A stretch of DNA of 64,000 bases, taken from Spirogloea muscicola (taxonomy: Eukaryota). Positions 24,288-38,979 of this stretch are shown one piece after another. Both the position numbers and the translations under genes were made by a program. The stretch spans positions 156,374-220,373 of the forward strand of contig WELB01000009.1 in NCBI GenBank assembly GCA_009602725.1. Direction: 5' to 3'. How positions within the stretch are numbered: the stretch's first letter is position 1; the number at the start of each line of letters is the position of its first letter. The notes below the pieces were generated by a model, which saw only the letters and a list, made by a program, of their open reading frames with translations, searched no databases and was not told where the DNA came from.

Positions 24288-27200
24288 ATGGCGCCTCCAC
24301 AGGGGCAGCCGTCGGGCGCTGCCTGCAGAGCCGCCGAAACACCGAGCAGGGATGGCAGCGCAAGCACGTACCAAGTGCCCATGTCGATGTTCGCAAGCAA
24401 CCGTGCGAAGCTCGTGCAGAGGCTCGCCAGCTCGGGAGCGCTGCCTGGTGGCGGTGCTGCAGGCCGTCTCTACGTCTTGCTCCAAGTGAGTGAGCAGCAA
24501 GTTCAAGGCCCTCCACCTCGCTCCTCTGCCGGAAGCAGCATTCGCCAACAATGCATTGCTTGTGTTACGAAGTACGACTAGAAAGCCTGGAACATGCAGG
24601 GCACACCACAAGGACGACTCTGCAGATACACCAGAAGCAGAGTGGCTTGCTCGTTGCTTGATACTTTTGCTGCCGCCACCAGCGTCGTGTCAGTTCTGGG
24701 CTTGCACAATGTCAGCCACGCTGCGTGATCATTTAGAGCTGCGGGCTTGCATCGCGGGCGCGTGCGTGCAGGGCGGAGAGCAGCTGCTGCGGTACTGCAC
24801 GGACCACGAGCCACTCTTCCGGTTGTTTCCGCGCCATAAATTCCCTAAATGAGGTTTATAAGGTGGTGTACATTAGTTTGGGTCCAAATTGAGGCAGGCA
24901 ACTCAAGTGATGCTGAACATGGGCGGCCCTGCTGAACCAGGACAAGGCTGTCAAGCGGAGACTTGAGCTCGTACTCGAGTCAGTCATCTACTGGTGCCCC
25001 TGTAGGACTTCAGCATCTGGGTTGTCAGCTCCCATCTATGGACTGAGTCCAGCGTGATATCCAGAATCTAGAGGTGCCAGGGTTCCAGTAGAATTCCCAC
25101 CTGCACAAGCTGTTCAACCAAGGCCTGGCGCATGAAGGAAGATCTGGACATTCCTGCTGTCTATAGCGTGCATATTTAAACCCAAAGGCATCCACTGGCT
25201 GGGTGTGCACAGGCAGGAGAGCTACTTCGCATACCTTTTTGGGGTGACCGAACCTGGGTTCTACGGAGCCATTGTGAGCAGCTTGTACATTCCATTGGAT
25301 TGCAGGCTGCTCTACTACTATGGCCAGATTTGGCTTCGATTGGCAGAGGACAATTGGGCAGTCAGTGCGTGACTGCTGCAATGTCATCTCAGGAAGCAAA
25401 GACTGGAGATTCCATGCTCTTCGTCCCTCGCCTCCCGGCCTCATATGCCGTCTGGATGGGCAAGATCCACGATCCCCAGTACTACAAGGTAACTAAATGC
25501 AGGCCACCTGCTAGCTCTACGTGGAGCAAAAACGATAGCTGAAGGTCATCTTAGATGAGCCGCTTGGAGATGTATGTAGCCAGCCCTGATTCAGTCCTAT
25601 TTCTTACACTCCTCCGCAGTTGAAGTACAAAGTGGATGCTGCATTCTATGTAGATGAGATGAGCACAGTGCTCTCAGCTGAAGGGAGCTGCGCTGATGGA
25701 TCCAGCAGCCAACGACAAGAAACATTACTTCTGCTGCTCCAGGGCTTGAACAGTGACAGCGGCAACTGCTCCAAGCCCGCAAAATTCGAAGTAAGTTCTT
25801 GGCTCAACCTCTTGCTGAACAGGCGGACTTATTGGACAACTGGAAGGCTTAGCGAGACACTTACGGACTAGCTGGGTGGTCCTGAAAAGCAGATCAGTCA
25901 TTTACTCTCAGCTTCCTAAGCGTTGTGTTAGTCCTTGTCCTACTAAGTATGTCAGCATCTCAGATCCCAGGTGCTAGGTGCCAGCACCACTGACCCTCTT
26001 CAGTCCTAGCCTCCATGTCTGTCTCCGTGTATCTGGTCTCAGCCATCCAACTAGTGAAAATTTCAAGCAAGTGAAGCATTACAGTTGTTTCTACAGGGAG
26101 GTCATCCTACAAAAAGGATCTCAGAGATTTTCAGTTGCACTTGGACTTTGTAGACGGCAGTACTAACAAGTGTTGCTCGTGACAGGGCATACAACACTTC
26201 AAGAATGATGTTGAGGTTCTCCACCCTGTGCTGAGTGAGTGCCGCGTGACAAAGTCAGAGGAGGAGCTGGACCTCCTGCGATATGTCAACCGTATCAGCT
26301 CCGAAGCTCATGTCGAGGTTGAGTCTAAGTAGTTGCTCCCATGTCGCGTAAGATAATCACATGATGGCTGAAATTGGCGAAGAACTCTGTTTCGGGCTTC
26401 ACACTGCATTTTGGTAAGGAAGGATGGTGCACGTGTGCCAATTATTGAAATTTGAGGGATGCAACACTCTTGACCTGTTCTTGACCAGGTCATGCGCAAG
26501 GCATCACCTGGCATGATGGAGTATCAATTAGAAGCTGACTTTCAGCACTACGTGTATCATGAAGGCGGTTGCAGGTATTCTTCAAGGCCCTTCCTCCAAA
26601 ATAAGCAAGACCACTGCCCACTCTGAAGCAGGCTAGCCCACCACAGTGTACGTGCAAATCAAGAACGTACATCCACCAGTCCGTCTATTGTAAGATGTGC
26701 TACTTGGCTGAGCAGGAATTGTTCTCTGACACAGCTCTGAATGTCCGTGGCATACCTCATAACTCACTTGCCTGTCTCTGGACAGGCACTGCTCGTACAC
26801 ATGCATTTGTGCAACCGGCGAGAATTCTGCTGTCCTCCACTACGGCCATGCTGGGGCTCCAAATGACAGAGTACGCTGCAGTGTGCACACCACATTGATG
26901 GTTCTGTCATCTGGCAACTCAACGTATCTGAACTTCTGCTGAGAGGCACTTTACGGTGCAGAGACTGGAGGATGGTGACATGGCCCTTCTTGACATGGGG
27001 GCGGAATTCAGCTGCTACGCCTCGGACATCACCTGCTCCTTCCCCGTCAATGGGCGCTTCTCGGACGATCAGCGAGTCGTTTACGAGGGCGTACTTGCGG
27101 CGCAAAAGGCAGTGTTTGCTGCTATGAAGCCTGGCATCAGCTGGGTGGATATGCACATGTGAGGGCATCACTTATAGCATTGCAGTATTGCGAGTGCATC

Positions 27201-28313
27201 GTAGTTTAAGCAGCAGTTCTGTGTCCTCTTATGCAATTCACTTATAATAGTGTGCAGTGATATTTGGGAATCAGGGTTTAGACATTAGACTGACATTGAG
27301 ACAAGTCACACATACCAAAGATCAGTTTGATGTGAAAATCTGGCCCTTCTTCTTCTGCATATGCTACTGCTGGCTCATACTTGACTGGATGCAGCCTGGC
27401 AGAGCGGCACATCTTGGGGGCTCTCAAAAGCGGCGGCTTTTTGCAAGGGTGAGTGGCTGCTTCGCATGAGCTTGTCCTTTCGCTATGTTGATCACACTGC
27501 TCTCTTTCACAACATGACGATCCAAAAAGCATGGACACGAAGGGCTGTGGTTCAGCAAGATCTCTGCTATGTCCAGGTCGGAGGATGAGATGCTCGAGGC
27601 GAGCTTGGGGGCTGTGTTCATGCCTCACGGCCTCGGCCACTTCATGGGCCTGGACACGCATGACGTTGGCGGGTACCCAAAGGTCTGCTTGCCGGACTCT
27701 GCACGACGCAAGGCTGCGTGGTGACGCGCACAATGTGCCAGAAGTTGATCTGCCAACGTGGGTATTTGTATGTCATGTATGATGAGACAACTGTACAAGA
27801 AGGGGATTGTGCTGGCACGAAATTCATCTTGCTGATCTATTGCACATGGAGGAGGGCAGGGTACAGTGCGGATCGACAAGCCGGGCATGAGGAGCCTGAG
27901 GACGGTGCGGTGCCTGGAGGAAGGCATGGTCCTGACGGTGGAGCCCGGGTGCTACTTCATCAGCGCGGTTCTGGAGCCGGCCATGGCAAACCCCTCCTTG
28001 ATGCACTTCTTCACGAGCTCCATTGCTCGGCTGCGCGGCATGGGTGGCGTGCGCCTGGAAGACGATGTGGTCAGTCTCTCGATTACTCTGACTGCCGAAC
28101 CATTTTGTGCTTACCTGTGGCGGCTAGTATGTATGCAGGTCTAAATATGGACCGCCCATCTATCTCAAGGTGCCGGGCAATGTGCTTGATGTTCTGCAGA
28201 TTGTGACCTCGGATGGAATTGAGAACATGACACAGTGCCCGAGAGAGATTGCGGACGTGGAGGCTGTGATGGCTGGAGCACCCTGGCCGCCAAGAAAAGA
28301 AGTCTTGGAGTGA
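24288..28313 (+). CDS. PEPD: Xaa-Pro dipeptidase (prolidase, M24B), spliced
   Basis: [110 protein letters not shown], ends [24 protein letters not shown]. Confidence 0.96.
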
Positions 28314-28777
28314 CCAGTCTGTCGTGTCACCTGCAGAAGAAGACACATTCGATACTGCTGGGTAGGCACACTGCCCTCCACCATCACCCTTATCGGTTAC
28401 ATATTTCTTGCGCTCCCTGATAATCATCTCAAAGTTCGCCTAAGCATTTACTCGGATGTTCTTCAGACAGTGCAAGTTGCAAAACCACACACCAGAAATG
28501 GAATGACACAAGTGCACAGCTGAGAGCCAGGGGTGCTCGTTTATAGTTGGCTAAAGCCGACGATCAACTCCCAACTGCTAGTACCTCTATCTCCAAAGAA
28601 GGGTGGAAGTGAGCGCTATGCTCTGCTTCGAAATTGTGAACCTCTGCAGGTTTGTTGTTTGACAGTCACTATACTAGTCTTGGTCAGTCCAAGCCTCCTA
28701 GTACTGCCCAGGGAATATGCCCAAAGTATGCAACATATGCAACAAGTTGAAGACTGAGTGAACAAGTAGCCCTCATC

Positions 28778-31700
28778 CTACACACGGCCTCGTATGCCTG
28801 CTAGAGCAGCCTCCCGCTTGGCTTCGGCAGCTTTCCCCGTGCCACGGAAATAGAAGTACACTTGCTGCACATCAGTCAGAACTTGCCAGCATAAGCAGCT
28901 ACATTGGAGGGCACAGTGCATGTAAACAAGTACTGGCGTATGATCAGGATGAGTACTATCGTGGCACAGTATATCATTGTCAAGTCGAAGTCTATGTGTG
29001 CAAGTCTCTCACTCACCTGCATCACAAACAAGCTAAGAAGAGATTCCAAAGTAAAGGAGACAAAGCCGACTATGAAGAATATCTGCACAACACAGAATGA
29101 TCATAGTTGCTTCAGCAGCCTGAGCGACTAGGAGCTGATGTTGCAGTGGGATCTTCACAAGCAGGTTCTACATCATCATGTAGTGCCGAGGAGATTATTG
29201 CCAACTGTGTGCAGTATGAGGCCTTCAGCTTGGCGAAAATGGGCTGAAGCTCAATAATACTCACTCCCACAACAGTGTGACCGTCTGCCAGAATTTGGAT
29301 AGCTGGCAAGATACCCCTGCACAAATTTGGGTGCCAGACTTCAGACGCCTTGTGAAATGCAGCAACATGATGAGAAGGCAAAAAGGTGGAAGGCATTGAC
29401 TGCTGGTCAAGGTTTACTAAACACCAACAAAGATACGTGATCCAGAGGAAGCTGCTGAACCGATATCTAGCAAATCGAGCCACTGTTGGCCATACAGGGC
29501 TCTACATTTGCTCTTAAACAACCATCTTCAAAGCTAAGGTGGTGCGAAATCAGAGGAGGAAGCTGCTGAACAAACTCCAGCTACCTACTTCTGGGCATTT
29601 TTGCAACCTAGTGCAGCTCAGTTGCTTGCGATACTCACGATAAGGACCTTCCTTTGAAAACAAAAGGTGGTGCCACAGCGGCAAATATCACAAAAGCACA
29701 ATGGACCTGTCACAAACTCGTGATAAGGACTTTAATGCCATGTGGAGTACAGCATTCGGCTTTCCTTTTGCACGATGAGCTGCAACTCTCAGCTTCTGCT
29801 AGTGCGAAGACCAGCGGCCTAGATGCTGTCAGCAGGCCCGTTTGGAATTTAAATTCAAGTGGACTTACCAAGTAATATACAAAGAAAAAGACAAATCCCA
29901 AAGAGCTGTCCTTCCTGCAAAACCAAGCAAGCAAGCACGTTTGTGGCAAATGTGATAGCAATGATATGCATGTCGTTGCTTCGCTAGTTGGAAATTTCAA
30001 GTGAATTAACAAAAGATTGACAAAACTTCCACGTGACACCATCGACTCATCAACAACCTTAAGATGTCACTTCAATGATACCCATGTAGTCCATGTGGCA
30101 CGAGGACTGCCATGTCATTGTGATGATTATGCATTGCCAGTGAAGAAAATGCTCAAAGCAACTGGTACCTCATGGACACATAGAGACGCCTGTACCACAA
30201 AAAGTAAGAGAGCGGGTATCCTAGCGCAGCATAGAGTATTGCAAGCGCCCAATTTTCGAATCCTGCAGAGTGGAGGGCAGGCATGAGGGTGCGCATAGGC
30301 TTGCCACTATTTCAAGTACTACAACCCAGTAAAGCTAAGAGCCAGGAACCAGTGCTACGCAAATGACAATTTCCGATCTAGGAAACAATGCCTCAGTTGC
30401 TCATGAGCGGTCAATGACATGGCTTGTCCTTGTACTACCGCTCTTTAGGGGAACATTGTTATCACTTAATAGAGATCAAAGGAAGTGGACAAACCCCGGC
30501 TGCCCTTAACAGCGTGGCCTATCCACGAAGCAGAGACAGCAATAATATTCCACAACAGACACCAGAGTATACCTGCAAAACAAAGGAGCAGCAACCCAAA
30601 AACATGAATTGATGTATGCTTATAGACATGTTAGGTGGCTGCAAACGAGGACGAAGTCACAGGATCCAAGTCTTGGATGGCAAGGATCATAATAAGCAAG
30701 CAATGTCCAAGCAATGTTCATGAGTCTTGCTCACCCAACCAGCTATAGTATGCCATCCTCTGAACAAATTGGAGATGATTGGGGATATCTCGGGAGATGT
30801 CATGATGCAGGAACGGAAAGCAAGGGGGCCAATTCTTCAGGTCACCTCCCCCCATAGCTGCATATCCAAACTCTCAATCAGCGACATGGGCCAAGCAACA
30901 ATGTGATGAATCTCAGACAAGAATTTCACGATACATGTTCATCCTCTGCATTATCCTGTGATTGTCATTGCTCCAAGGCCTAGCACCGATCAACCACGCT
31001 CCTCTTGAGCTACAGAGTTGCCTCATGAAGTCTTCCTGCAGTATATCTTTTCTGCTCTTCCTTCTCCTACTTTCCTTGCTGCCTACAAGTAAGACAAATT
31101 ATGAATAGCTCGCACCAGCCAACTCAAGTTCACGCTTCCTCAGCTCCTGCAAAAGGCCGACCGCATCAATGATTGACTATTATAGCCTTTGGCAAGTGTA
31201 TGAGACAAAACTCGATACATCTGTGGCTATCGAATTTGGAGATTGAGACAGTGAATATCAAAGTGTGTCAAAATGTCAACAACAGAAGAGGATGCCATTT
31301 TGAGCCACTCCTCGAAATGAGTAAGACCATAGTTGTGTTGCAGTTGCACCAGCACAACACAATGACAAGCCCACACTGAAGAGCTAGTTTTAAGTCGAGA
31401 TTAATACATGTGAAAGTACAATAAGGAAGTGCTTGAGTAACAATAAGGAAGAATGAGTGCTACTGATGCTGACGCTGGCTTTTGGAGGTCTGGTCAGGGC
31501 TCTGTGAAGAGAGAGCTCACCTCTTCCTTCTTGGCAAGTGCCAACTCCTTTGCATGAAGGGCCTTCTCCCTCCTCTGGAAATCCTGCACCCATGACAAGG
31601 TTGTCTCCTTTCACATTCACCACTCACTCAGGCAGCAATAGGGCAGAAGCAGCTGCTCCTTGGTGCTCAAGGATGGTCTGATTTAGCCGAGTGCATCACT

Positions 31701-32625
31701 AGAGAGATACCTGAGCTGTCCTTGCTTCCAGCAAAAGCATTGCAATACGACCATTCATGAGAGGCCAGAGCACACAAAATTCGCCCAAGTCGACCTCTAA
31801 AGGTCAAGCAGTGTACATGGTCCTCAAGCAGTGCTGAACAGCTCACTAGGTCTTCCTGTCAGTCGTTCTCATTCATTGGCTACACAACCTCTCTCAAAAA
31901 TGCTCTGACCTTGTTGGTGTTCCCCAGGGGAATCTCTGTGGTGGCATCTGTGACTGCGGCTGAGTTGAGTACAGGATCTGGCTTGACAGATGCCGGCTGC
32001 AACTGCAGGCATGAAGCAGGCCACTCAGGTCTCAGGTCGTGTGCACTAGAAGTAGGAGCTCCTCAGCTCTCTATCTCGGTCAGAGGAAATGCATGGAACT
32101 TAGGCGCTTCGCTAAGAGCACACAGAGGTGACATGGTCGCCTCCTGAGCAGGATCTGACGTCCATGCTACACGCAGCAACAAAGCGCTTCAAGTCCTCCT
32201 GTCCGGCGCCTCGAAGATCCTTCCTGAGTACATCACTTACCGTGTCGAAGAAGGAAGCGGTGCCCGCAGATTTGGGAGGAGGTGTGTAGGCGACCGGCCT
32301 GGCGGCTTGCCTCTGGCTCTCCTGCAGGACGACAGAGGGCCAAGGCTCTTGTATCGATCAGCCCAGACGGATGGAGGCTTCAAGCGCGGGCGGTGATGCA
32401 CGGATCGTCACGCATCCGACCTCGGCCGGACGGCCAGCTCCACGGCCACCACCACAGAGTGGCTGCAGGACTTGTTGTATGCATGAAATGGTAGCCCACA
32501 CCGCAGGCCGGCAATGGAGGGAAGGGTCTGACGGCGGAGGGAGGACGGAGAGGCGGACTCACTGAGAAGGGGTTGCCTCCGACGCCGCCGCCGTCCTCGT
32601 CGAACGGGTTGTCGTAGTGACTCAT
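28778..32625 (-). CDS. SCAMP: Secretory carrier-associated membrane protein (SCAMP), spliced
   Basis: N-terminal NPF repeats (MSHYDNPFDEDGGGVGGNPFS), coiled-coil exon, KNWPPCFPFLHHDISRDIP, TM exons (DSSLGFVFFFVYYL; IFFIVGFVSFTLESLLSLFVMQ), QVYFYFRGTGKAAEAKREA. Confidence 0.93.
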
Positions 32626-33282
32626 GATGCCGCCGCCGCCGCCGCCGCCGCCGGCCCGCCCCGCCGGCCCGGCTCTCACCGCCGCCGCCGNNNNNNNNNN
32701 NNNNNNNNNNNNNNNNNNNNNNNNNNNNNNNNNNNNNNNNNNNNNNNNNNNNNNNNNNNNNNNNNNNNNNNNNNNNNNNNNNNNNNNNNNNNNNNNNNNN
32801 NNNNNNNNNNNNNNNNNNNNNNNNNNNNNNNNNNNNNNNNNNNNNNNNNNNNNNNNNNNNNNNNNNNNNNNNNNNNNNNNNNNNNNNNNNNNNNNNNNNN
32901 NNNNNNNNNNNNNNNNNNNNNNNNNNNNNNNNNNNNNNNNNNNNNNNNNNNNNNNNNNNNNNNNNNNNNNNNNNNNNNNNNNNNNNNNNNNNNNNNNNNN
33001 NNNNNNNNNNNNNNNNNNNNNNNNNNNNNNNNNNNNNNNNNNNNNNNNNNNNNNNNNNNNNNNNNNNNNNNNNNNNNNNNNNNNNNNNNNNNNNNNNNNN
33101 NNNNNNNNNNNNNNNNNNNNNNNNNNNNNNNNNNNNNNNNNNNNNNNNNNNNNNNNNNNNNNNNNNNNNNNNNNNNNNNNNNNNNNNNNNNNNNNNNNNN
33201 NGGCACGGGCCGCGGAGGAGGCGCGGCCGCGCGCGGGCAGGAGCGCCGGTCCCGCGGTGTCTGCGACGGGCCGGGCGGCCCG

Positions 33283-35051
33283 ATGGGCTGGCGGGCCGCC
33301 CAGCAGGTGTTCCAGAGCTGGAAGGTCCTGCGCGGCGACCGGGTGAGCCGCCGCCGCCGTCGCCGCATGTCTCGGCGTGGGTTCAGGATTTACGGCTCAG
33401 GTTAGGTTTTAGGATTCTAGGGGTTTAAGGGCTTGAATTTAGGCCGCGCCTCCAGTCCTGGATTTAGCTGACACACATTGCGCTCAGCACGCTCACAACG
33501 GCCTGCTCGACGATGGCCTGCCCAGCGGGGCCAGCCACGGAGCGCTCCGACGGTCGCAGTCTGGATTGCAGGCGCGGTTTAGGTTTAGGGGTCAGGTTTT
33601 TCAGGGTTTAGGTGTTAAGGGAGCAGGGTTTAGCTGCTTAACATGGGCGGCCCTCCATGTTGGTGGGTGTCAGGTGATGGTGATGGCGGGCAAGGACAAG
33701 GGCCTCACTGGCACGGTGCAGCGGGTGATCCGTGCCCAAAACCGCGTCGTCATCACCGGCCGCAACCTGGTGTGCCCGCCTCCTCCTCTCTCCCAGCGTC
33801 CGGGTCCATGCATGTGGGCTGCTCGCCTTCGGGCCACCGGCGTACAAATTTACAAGCTCAGTATCCAATACGGGAAACCCTTCGGTTTTCCATTGAATAT
33901 TAAGACACGCATGGCACGTTTCGCACGTTAGGACCTGGATTAGCAGGCTCTGGGGCGTGGCCACACTCCTCCTGTTGAGAGAAGTGTAAGCAGCTTCGTC
34001 GATGCCACGCTGGCCGTCCTGCTTGTTGACGTTCTCCCTGGCAGAGAATGACAAAATGTCACATCTAAAGGGAGGCAGGTGGCTGGGTGTGCACAGGTGA
34101 AGAAGCATGTGAAGAGAACCGAAGGCTCGCCGGGCGGCATCATCACTATGGAGGCGCCACTTCGCGTTTCCAACGTGTCGCTGCTGGACCCAGTCACAGG
34201 GTGAGTTGCATGGTAGGCATACAGGAAATTAAGCTGGAATAGTCACGTGATAGCTTGTGGTGATGCAATGCCTCGTTGGTGTGCTCGCTCGCAGTGAGCT
34301 TCAGTGTATATGGCTGGTTTGTGAAGGCTTTGCTGTCGAGTTACTTGAAAGAAGACCCCTTGCTCTAGTCTCTGTTGCCTGAGGTCAATATCTAAAATTA
34401 GAGTGTCTCCACTAATTTTAGATAACCCACTGATGCAGAACAGCAGATTAGTCCTGTATGCATCTGTTATGTACATCTGTTACGTAGTGATGACAGCCAA
34501 GTACCAAGTGCTAGTGCAGGCAGGGTGTTCCTAGCTCTGGCTTCAAGGTTGAGCAAATGGTCAACAGACTCCAATCACGCCCAGCTATGAAGGAGTGGTC
34601 TCCATGTGCCTGATAGTTATTGAATGTACGTGCTGGTGCTGCTGCAGGTCACCGTGCAGGGTAAGCTTCAGATGGTTGGAAGATGGGACCAAGGTACGGG
34701 TGGCACGTGGCCCTGCGTCATCAGGAGCCATTGTCCCTCGCCCAGCCGTTCTGCTGGAGCGACGGATGCCTCTGCCACTGGCAGGTGCACCTGGTTTGCA
34801 GGACCCTGTCTGCAGCTAGGCATGCCAGTGGTCTTTCAGTCAAGCATTTGTTTTGTAGCCGCCGTCTTGAAAGTTGATCAAGAAGTGCATGTAGCTGCCC
34901 TACTGCTGGCCACGACGATTGTCTGAATGCCTCCTGATGTGATTTCGTTGTCTGTGTTGCTCGGGTGAGTTTAGTTGGACCGAGGGATACGGCGAAGGGG
35001 GCTGCTCTGGAAGAGGCCTACGACCCAAGCACTGGCCTTCCTCCTCTATAA
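33283..35051 (+). CDS. RPL24: Mitochondrial ribosomal protein uL24 (KOW domain), 5 coding exons
   Basis: MGWRAAQQVFQSWKVLRGDR / VMVMAGKDKGLTGTVQRVIRAQNRVVITGRNL / VKKHVKRTEGSPGGIITMEAPLRVSNVSLLDPVTG / PCRVSFRWLEDGTKVRV / GPRDT..PPL*. Confidence 0.94.
33381..33633 (+). promoter_or_regulatory. Degenerate telomere-like (TTTAGGG/telo-box-like) tracts in the first intron of RPL24
   Basis: GGTTAGGTTTTAGGATTCTAGGGGTTTAAGGG and GGTTTAGGTTTAGGGGTCAGGTTTTTCAGGGTTTAGG. Confidence 0.5.
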
Positions 35052-35458
35052 TGGCGTTCACTTGGCGGGTGGTTAGGCATTGCACAAATGTTTGTGCTGC
35101 CGTTCACCACGAAGATACTCCTAAGTTTCTCCATTATTTCGTGACACATCCTCATCGACTGTGCACGCTTGACATGACTGCCTAGCTAAGCTAGCAGATT
35201 TACTGCACCCACAATGGTGATGATGTTCATCTATGTAGCTGAAGGAAACTCAATATCAACTCTTGCCATAGATAGGATTAGGACATAGGACTGAGGACAT
35301 AGAACCTCTTCTTGATAACTCAGGATCGAGCACATGACTGCCTTGTAACCTTAAGTCCACCTCTTTCAGGATTCTTCCACAAGATTGTCATACACTCAAT
35401 GCTATGGCAAGTGAGACTTGATATTCCAAGTTGTCAGCTGCCTGTCCAAGGCTAGTTC

Positions 35459-38400
35459 TCAGCGGTAGTATGACGCAGTGAGGAAGAGAGAGACGGAGGC
35501 TGCCAGCGTCACAAAGAGCTCCTGCAACAGGTTGACAGAACAAGCATCAGAGAAACTTGGATAGTGATTCAATAGTGAGGGTCATCTATTGCAAGGAACA
35601 TCTGTACATCCGTAATTGTCGCTGGAATGTGAATTTAGTAATCTCTAGCATGCAGGCCTCAGAGCAAGCTCTGAGATTGCTGACAATTCTCTATCCTGAT
35701 AAAGAGTGCCTGTGAAGGTGAGGTTCAGCAGTGTTGAGAGCCGCAGAAAGTGACCTGGCCAGTTGCTAGGGCAGATGGAACAGCCCGACCTATAGAGTCT
35801 AACGCTTTCACCAGGAATGTGTAGGACTGTTAAGAGCAGAAAGCGGAGGTCAGTCTTTAACAGATGTGCACACTCAGCAGCACCTCCTTCATCGACACGC
35901 TAATGCCGCAGCATGGACCTCCCCGCTGTGTTGAGTGGCAGCGCAATTGGCAATGACATTGCTTGGCACAAATCTTGCTGTTCTGAGCATATGTGGACCT
36001 CCCAAATTTCATTCCCACTCCAATCAAGCGGCGGAGAAGGCATCTTACAAATGCAGCAACAGCAATGTTGCCGAAAACGAGACCCAGAGCTCGCAGCAGC
36101 GTCTTTGCATTCTGCGTCTTCTTTGAAGCAGCAACCTCCGATTCATCCCCGCCCTCCTCTTCCTGCGCGAGTGCAAATCTCTGTCTAGATCATTCACAAG
36201 CAACCGCATTTACTGTGTTCAAAAGCAATCACAAATTACAAGGTCAACCAATGCTCATAGCCAAGAACGTTACAGAGGCTCTAACACAACACAGAAGCTC
36301 CATACTGAATGAGGGTGATCATAGCTCTGAACATGTCGAACCAGCACAAGAACATATCAAACGTACTGAGGGGGTGCAGATGGCGACTGGCAGTAGGGTG
36401 TTAGGAATTTACATCTTCTGGAGCATAAGACTTAGCCGGAGGTGGGAGGTACGACTTCAACTTGGTGAATACTTGATACATGTATGCAAATATAAGAAAC
36501 TGCAGAGGTTTATATTCGGCTTGACCTCCAGATGACAATATCCAGAAGGCCTGTCAAAGGAGGACACAAGCGGGTAATGTCACCAACCTCCGAGTGCAAA
36601 TGCAAGGATCAAGATACAATGCACCTACACCCTCTTGTACGAGTTAGAATCTCCTCCTTAACCTCAAAGTAGTGGGCTATGTCTTAGGTTCATATCTACA
36701 TGGTTTGCCCATCGCCTTTTCAACTGTGCATGCTAAACGCTGTGATCGTGACCGCTGAATACATTACAAGACTACTGGCCAAGTCAACCTCAGAGCAAAG
36801 AGGTCATGGTGTGGATGCGCTAACAAAAGTGGCAGAGATGGCCAAGTTGATGTAGATGTTATTCTGACTGGACTGCGCTCTCCTGCATGAAAAGGGCAAA
36901 AAGAATGAGTGCACGCTCCACATTTCTGACCCCAAGGGCGAGACCTCTTCCTGCTAACAATGACCAGCTGCATAAAGGACATCTTTGGATATGAAAAGTG
37001 CATATTATGAGAGCCTGGCTTTGTTTTTCAAGCAGATGCAAGCCAAGTTCTTCAGCTTCACCTGGGCATCCATGGCAAGCTTACAACCCTGTCTGCATAC
37101 TTCACTTCATTTGACACCTGTACACAGCAAGAAGTAACTTGCTAAAGTGCAAACATGAGAATATGCAAGGAGGGGGGTGCTTTGCCTGGATGAGCATGCA
37201 GAAGTGCAGAAGGCTGGTTCTCAGCATAGACCAAGCAAGCCAAGGATGCAAGCAGGACTGGACCAGGATGATGGGGAAGCTGTTGCTCGTGATGATGATT
37301 GTACCTTAACAGAGCCGTAGGTGAAACCCTCCTTGCGCTGCGTCAGCTGCCGCATCATTATCTTGTCATATGCAGCCTCCACCTAAACAGCAGAGTATGT
37401 CATGCACTGAGCTGCAGGCACTTGCCGGGTAAAGGAGAGCAATGCAGGCGTTGACTCCAACCGAACTTAACAGTACGTGTTAAGAGATAAGAGAGGGCGG
37501 ACGGACCTTGTCCATGGTGGCCTGATCCCCTCGCCTTTCCGCATCTTTGAACTTCCTGCTCCTTGCTGTCTTTGCAGCATCGAAGCCTGCCAAGGGGCTT
37601 ACCCCCAACACCTGATAGGAACGTTATTCAAGAGTACTTGTGAATGATCTTGCCAAGCATGCATGCAATCAACCTGAGCGTGTATCACTGGGCTTGATCA
37701 TTTGTGAATATGCTCAGCTTTGCCATGACCTAAGCAGGCCTCAAGAGCGCTTGCTGCTCTAGTGGCAGTGAAGAATATACGTCTCCGCTACTTGCTTGTC
37801 CCAGCTAAGCTTGATGAATGGGTAAGAAGGCAACTTCATCTGTACTTGACCAACTTCAACAAGGCTTACTTGGTAGGGGTCATCCTCCTGAGGCTGACTT
37901 GATGCACCCGCTGCAGCACTGCATCTTATCTGAGGCCTCTGTAGACGACCAGCCCCACTGCTTCCAGCGTGCTTTCTGCTGACACTGCATCAATGTGCCA
38001 CTTCACCAGGTTCAGCAGTGGCAGTCTTGACCCTGTCCAGCTTACTTCCTGAATGGAGATCATGTATATAAATGGCTCGCAGCTTGCGCCCAGCCTGACG
38101 GCACGCCTCGACCTCGCTGGACCTCATATTTGACATCATGTATGCACAGCGTGCTCGAGCAGGCGCAGAAACCTAGTAGCCCCACGCAGCCCATGCGAGG
38201 CACGACCGCATGGCCGCGCTTCGGTGCCTGTCAGCAGCATTCAGCTGCCCCTGCAGCAGAGAGTATACTGCGGACTCAAGGAAGGTGGCAACAACTCGAC
38301 GTTACGTCTTCATCCCGGATCATTCCCCTCTCCTATTGTGCCATCTTTCGGACCGCCACGTTGCAGTCGTCCGGCAACACTTGCTCACGAGACTTGACAC

Positions 38401-38606
38401 TCGCTCTCTTCGAAGCTTCGCGTCCGGACGCACTGGTTACGACTGCACCGCCGTTCTTTCCGAGGAAGGAGAGCTTGCGGACGCCAACACATGGAGCCTC
38501 CGCTGTGCCGCGGCACATGCTGGCTGCTCTGCAGCGGCGATCGCACCAGAATGCTCGGGAGAGCCCCGCGCTGCGGCGTAAGCCACTCGGCGGCCGAGTC
38601 CCCGAC

Positions 38607-38643
<37 letters not shown>

Positions 38644-38644
38644 T
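35459..38644 (-). CDS. DUF3353 / CPP1-like J-like chloroplast membrane chaperone, spliced
   Basis: Hand-translated exons EDDPYQ / VLGVSPLAGFDAAKTARSRKFKDAERRGDQATMDK / VEAAYDKIMMRQLTQRKEGFTYGSVK / VSNEVKYADRVVSLPWMPR / EYKPLQFLIFAY / KTLLRALGLVFG / ELFVTLAASVSLFLTASYYR*. The start codon is tentative. Confidence 0.85.
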
Positions 38645-38979
38645 CGCCGCGGCCACGGCCGTGGATTAGGGTTCGGGTAGCCGACGGACCCCGCGGCGTC
38701 GGGAGGAACGGAACGAGCAGGCGTCCGACGTTCCGTCCGCGTCCGGGGGGCGCCCAACTGCCGCGGGACATGACCTGACCCGGGGGGGTCCGCTGGTCGC
38801 GGCGACCCGCCGCCGAGCCCTCGGGAACGCGCGCCACGTGTCCGGCGCGGGCGCCTCCCGGCTGCCGGGAAGCTGCCGGGCGGCGCGCCGCCCGTTGACG
38901 GGGACGGGCGGCTGGGGCGCGTGGGGAGGGGGCCCTCTCCGACTTGGTCGTTGCCTAGTCATGTCTATGGTTTTTCCCG

